A DNA stretch of 18,650 nt. Source: an uncultured archaeon (lineage in GTDB: Archaea > Asgardarchaeota > Thorarchaeia > Thorarchaeales > Thorarchaeaceae). The stretch covers positions 1 through 18,650 of the forward strand of contig CAZPWM010000061.1 of assembly GCA_964590575.1 (NCBI GenBank), in the 5' to 3' direction. The notes below the pieces were generated by a model. That model had not been told where the DNA came from. It saw only the letters and a list, made by a program, of their open reading frames with translations, and made no database searches. Both the position numbers and the translations under genes were made by a program. How positions within the stretch are numbered: position 1 is the first letter of the stretch; every line of letters starts with the position of its first letter. This document shows, piece after piece, positions 15,402-18,650 of the stretch.

Positions 15402-16346
15402 ATGATTGAGATAGTCTTCTTGGGATCAGGTGGGTCTATTCCAACAGAAAAAAGAAACCACCCTGCTATAGCTATTCGATACGAAGGATGGGTGTTGTTA
15501 TTTGATGCTGGTGAAGATGTCCAGAGAAGATATGAGAAAGCACAGCTTGGACTTAACAAGAAGATGGCCATCTTCATATCTCATGTTCATGCAGACCATG
15601 TTTTAGGATTACCAGGTCTCCTGTTGAGATTCTCTCTTCTTGGTAGGTTGAAACCTCTCAATATCTACGGCCCCAAAGAGCTAATCGAATACGTCAAAGT
15701 CAGCCAGTCAACAATCAATCTAGGAACTACTTTCGAAGCTGCTGTTCATGCAATTGTTCCCGGTGAAATATTCAAAGAACAAGACATAACAGTCCGTGCT
15801 TTCGAAGTTGATCATCGTGGTCTTGCATTCGGTTATGAGATTATTTGGGCTCGGTTAACTGGACAATTCCTTCCTTCCAAGGCAAATGATCTTGGTATAC
15901 CTCAGGGACCCCTCTGGAAAGATCTGGCATCTGGTAAATCCGTAGAGCTTGAAGATGGTTCAACAATTTCACCAAGAGATGTAACTGATCCCAGTCCACC
16001 ACCTTTGAAGATAGTCTACTCAGGAGACACTAGACCTTGTGAGGAACTCAGGAAGGCGGCGACTGGTGCAGACGTACTGATATGCGAGGCTATGTATACT
16101 TCCGAACATGCAACCCTTGCTGATGAAAGAGGTCACTCAACAGCAGCTGCGGTCGCAGCTTTGGCGAAAGAATCAAACGTGAAGTTACTGGTGTTAACGC
16201 ACTATAGTCCTCGTTACTATGATGGTGAGGAAGTTATTGGCGAGGCACTACCACTCTTCCCAAACTCAGTATTAGCTCGAGACCTCATGAGGATACAGGT
16301 TGGGAAGGATGGTTCTGCTATCATTATGAACCCTCCAGTTATCTGA
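15402..16346 (+). CDS. rnz: Ribonuclease Z (tRNase Z, short form)
   Basis: FLGSGGSIP..KRN, LFDAGE, SHVHADH (HxHxDH), flexible-arm GIPQGP, YSGDTRP, CEA, GHST and LTHYSPRY. Confidence 0.95.
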   Translation: MIEIVFLGSGGSIPTEKRNHPAIAIRYEGWVLLFDAGEDVQRRYEKAQLGLNKKMAIFISHVHADHVLGLPGLLLRFSLLGRLKPLNIYGPKELIEYVKVSQSTINLGTTFEAAVHAIVPGEIFKEQDITVRAFEVDHRGLAFGYEIIWARLTGQFLPSKANDLGIPQGPLWKDLASGKSVELEDGSTISPRDVTDPSPPPLKIVYSGDTRPCEELRKAATGADVLICEAMYTSEHATLADERGHSTAAAVAALAKESNVKLLVLTHYSPRYYDGEEVIGEALPLFPNSVLARDLMRIQVGKDGSAIIMNPPVI

Positions 16347-16347
16347 T

Positions 16348-17556
16348 CTACCCTCTGAATCCCAATTTAAGAGCCTTCAAAGGATGCTTTGAGAGTAGTC
16401 GCTTTCCGATTTGGACCTTGACATCAGATAGTGTTGTGACTCGAGAAACGATGTCAGTCATGTACTTCATCATCACTGGGTCTTCTGCAATTATTTGGAA
16501 AAGTAATTCCGCGTGATTTTGCGATTTGTGGAGGATTCCTGTGAGCCATCTAGTGTCTATCAATTCCTGTCCTATTGCCGCCTTCAATTGGTTTTCATAT
16601 TCAACAACATGTAGAGGTGATTTCAATTTGACCGCTTCAGACGCAATCTTTGCAGCCAATGCTCCGGACTGTATTGCATAGGATATTCCCTCGCCTGTGA
16701 ATGAAGAAACTAAACCTGCAGCATCTCCAATTAACATACTTCTCCTAGCGATACAGCGATTCAATTTTCCGCCTAACGGAACCCTGTAAGATACCCTGTT
16801 CGAAACATCGAGCTCTATACCTTTCTCTCCCTCAATTAATGCAATGAACTCCTCCCATTTCTTCTGGAGGTTATCTTGCTTGTCTAATCGACACCCTATT
16901 CCGATATTGAACCCCTTTTTCTTAGGAACGCACCAACCATATCCCCATGATACTAAGCCAAAGTATAGCTCAATTGCAGGTGAATCATCCGCTCCATTTG
17001 TCATCATCACTGATTCGACATCTTTAGAGCTCATTGGTACATTAGCAGTATAGCATAACGCAATTTGCTCTGGTGACCACTTAGAACGAACGCCTAGTTC
17101 TGTAGCGATGACTCCATTTACCCCATCCGCTCCTACAAGAAGATGTGATTTGTATGAGTCTCCAACAGCCAATGCTCTTGTTCCAGAGCGTAGCTGTTCC
17201 AGTCCAACAACCTCAACTCCTTGGATCACCTCTACACCCGCATCTGCTGCAGACTTCAGAAGATATGCATCAAACTCACTACGAGTTACTATGTGCCCTT
17301 TAAGATTGTCACTGGTCAATACGACTTTCTTTCCTGAAGGAGTATGTACTACTGCCGCATTGAATGTCCGTTCTATTAGAGATGAAATATCAAGATCAAG
17401 ATTTCGAATTGTGTGCGGTCCGAGTGCACCCCCGCATGGCTTCTCTCTCGGGTGATGTGCCTTTTCAAGTAGAACTACGTCTAATCCTGCTTCAGCAGCA
17501 CGACGCGCGCATGTTGCTCCTGCTGGGCCTCCACCGACTACAGTCAGGTCATACAC
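16348..17556 (-). CDS. Geranylgeranyl reductase-family FAD-dependent oxidoreductase
   Basis: VVGGGPAG, KPCGG, R..FD..L, GADG, YGW.P, LIGDAAG and TGEGI..A..SG. Start placed at GTG 17556 (GGTGA plus 6-nt spacer) rather than TTG 17562, which directly abuts the RBS. Confidence 0.88.
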   Translation of the reverse strand: MYDLTVVGGGPAGATCARRAAEAGLDVVLLEKAHHPREKPCGGALGPHTIRNLDLDISSLIERTFNAAVVHTPSGKKVVLTSDNLKGHIVTRSEFDAYLLKSAADAGVEVIQGVEVVGLEQLRSGTRALAVGDSYKSHLLVGADGVNGVIATELGVRSKWSPEQIALCYTANVPMSSKDVESVMMTNGADDSPAIELYFGLVSWGYGWCVPKKKGFNIGIGCRLDKQDNLQKKWEEFIALIEGEKGIELDVSNRVSYRVPLGGKLNRCIARRSMLIGDAAGLVSSFTGEGISYAIQSGALAAKIASEAVKLKSPLHVVEYENQLKAAIGQELIDTRWLTGILHKSQNHAELLFQIIAEDPVMMKYMTDIVSRVTTLSDVKVQIGKRLLSKHPLKALKLGFRG

Positions 17557-17633
17557 CCACAATCACCACTCACTATCACTTATCACAACACGGATAAATC
17601 CTATTCTACGAATCTGGATATGGGTGAAACACT

Positions 17634-18650
17634 CTGAGCTCAGAAGGAACAGCTAAAGTCTGTCTTATCACAACTGGAGGTACAATCTCGAGCATTTATG
17701 ACCCTAGTACTCGTGCACTTCGTCCTGGTCTCTCGGTGGAAAACCTACTAGATCGTCTTCCAAAAGGTATGGGCAATGTTGAGGTAATTCAGAGAGAATT
17801 ATACCAGTTGGATTCTGCTAACGCACAACCACACCATTGGCAGACTTTAGCAAGCTCAATCAAAGAGGTTAGCGAGGAGATTCCTGACCTTCAAGGTATT
17901 GTTGTTACTCATGGAACTGATACAATGACCTATTCTGCCGCAGCAGTCAGTTTCATGGTCCAAGATTTTGGAAGACCAATAGTTTTCACTGGGGCTCAAA
18001 TTCCAGCATCTGTACCTTGGAGTGATGGACCAAGAAATCTTCTGGATGCGCTACGAGTGGCTGCCTTCGGAGACCTCGGAGAAACTTGTATTGTGTTCAA
18101 CAGTGAGGTGCATCGAGCGACGAGAGCAAAGAAGGTAAGAGTGAACTCCTATGATGCTTTTGATTCAATGGACCCCTCTCCATTAGGTATCCTCGCTCGT
18201 GATATCGTTCTCTACGATGGTCGTAAGAAACGTGATCATAGTTTGACTCCGCGATTCGACACACGCCTTGACGACCGTGTATTCTTGCTCAAAGTGTTTC
18301 CAGGACTTCCTCCTCGGACCTTGACTCATATTGTAGACATGGGCTTCCATGGGATTATCATTGAGGGATTCGGCTCAGGTAATATTCCCACAGACGAGAA
18401 CGCTCTTACTGGAGGAATCCTTCAAGCAATAGACCAAGGTTGTTTTGTTGTGGTGAGTTCACAATGCGCATTTGGACAAGCTGACCTCTCTATCTACGAA
18501 GTTGGAAGAGCTGCAATGGATGTCGGAGCTATGAGTGCATACGATATGACTTCCGAAGCGTCATTGGTTAAGTTATCTTGGGTTCTAGGGCATACACACG
18601 AACCAGACCGTGTTAGAGAGATGATGGGCATCAGCTATGTTGGAGAGATG
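17634..18650 (+). CDS. ansA: L-asparaginase type I (partial; stop codon lies beyond the window); apparent CTG start
   Basis: Hand translation: (M)SSEGTAKVCLITTGGTISS...LDSAN...VVTHGTDTM...IVFTGAQIP...SDG..N...EGFGSGN...SSQC...YEVG...DMTSEASLVKL...GEM. Both catalytic Thr motifs are present and there is no GatD N-terminal domain. Absent from the supplied ORF track. Confidence 0.9.
   Translation, partial: MSSEGTAKVCLITTGGTISSIYDPSTRALRPGLSVENLLDRLPKGMGNVEVIQRELYQLDSANAQPHHWQTLASSIKEVSEEIPDLQGIVVTHGTDTMTYSAAAVSFMVQDFGRPIVFTGAQIPASVPWSDGPRNLLDALRVAAFGDLGETCIVFNSEVHRATRAKKVRVNSYDAFDSMDPSPLGILARDIVLYDGRKKRDHSLTPRFDTRLDDRVFLLKVFPGLPPRTLTHIVDMGFHGIIIEGFGSGNIPTDENALTGGILQAIDQGCFVVVSSQCAFGQADLSIYEVGRAAMDVGAMSAYDMTSEASLVKLSWVLGHTHEPDRVREMMGISYVGEM

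Noticed and set aside
15349-15402. Imperfect dyad ACCGT-G-ACA...TGT-ACGGT and palindrome TGAGT-G-ACTCA just before rnz
   Set aside because: Arms of only 5-8 bp with a bulge, not repeated elsewhere in the window; cannot be distinguished from chance.
17634-18650. Glu-tRNA(Gln) amidotransferase subunit GatD
   Set aside because: GatD has an extra N-terminal domain before the TGGTI motif. Here only 13 codons lie between the CTG start and TGGTI, with an in-frame stop just upstream, so it is a plain type I asparaginase.
1-18650. CRISPR arrays, tRNA/rRNA genes, IS elements, integrases
   Set aside because: The window is almost fully coding with intergenic gaps under ~190 bp. No periodic repeats, cloverleaf-like GC-rich segments, terminal inverted repeats or transposase motifs were seen by eye.

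Overview
Gene-dense chromosomal segment with 17 CDSs (the last runs off the right edge) and no tRNA, rRNA, CRISPR array or transposase that I could see. Archaeal-type signals (GGTGA/GGAGG ribosome-binding sites, TATA-like boxes, TrmB and Lrp regulators, RNase Z, geranylgeranyl reductase) plus a two-domain gelsolin point to an Asgard archaeon, probably Thorarchaeia (inference). Gene order: AbgB-like M20 amidohydrolase (-); GyrI-like/Cys-rich fusion; NYN nuclease with two LOTUS domains; Cys-rich 2x[4Fe-4S] protein; beta-class N4/N6 DNA methyltransferase; 489-aa MCM-derived protein; gelsolin (-); membrane-anchored glycoprotein (-); an apparent operon of Fpg/Nei, M20 peptidase, LLM oxidoreductase, RdgB and TrmB; tandem Lrp-like regulator; RNase Z; GGR-family reductase (-); type I asparaginase, which is missing from the ORF track and appears to start at CTG. 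The best candidate for a new system is 5456-7890. There, an orphan DNA methyltransferase overlaps (TGATG) a protein that keeps the MCM layout (OB fold, AAA+ scaffold, lid, C-terminal winged helix) but lacks the Zn finger, Walker A/B and arginine finger. It looks like an MCM-BP/MCMDC2-like pseudo-helicase. All family assignments are by eye from motifs; no searches were run.
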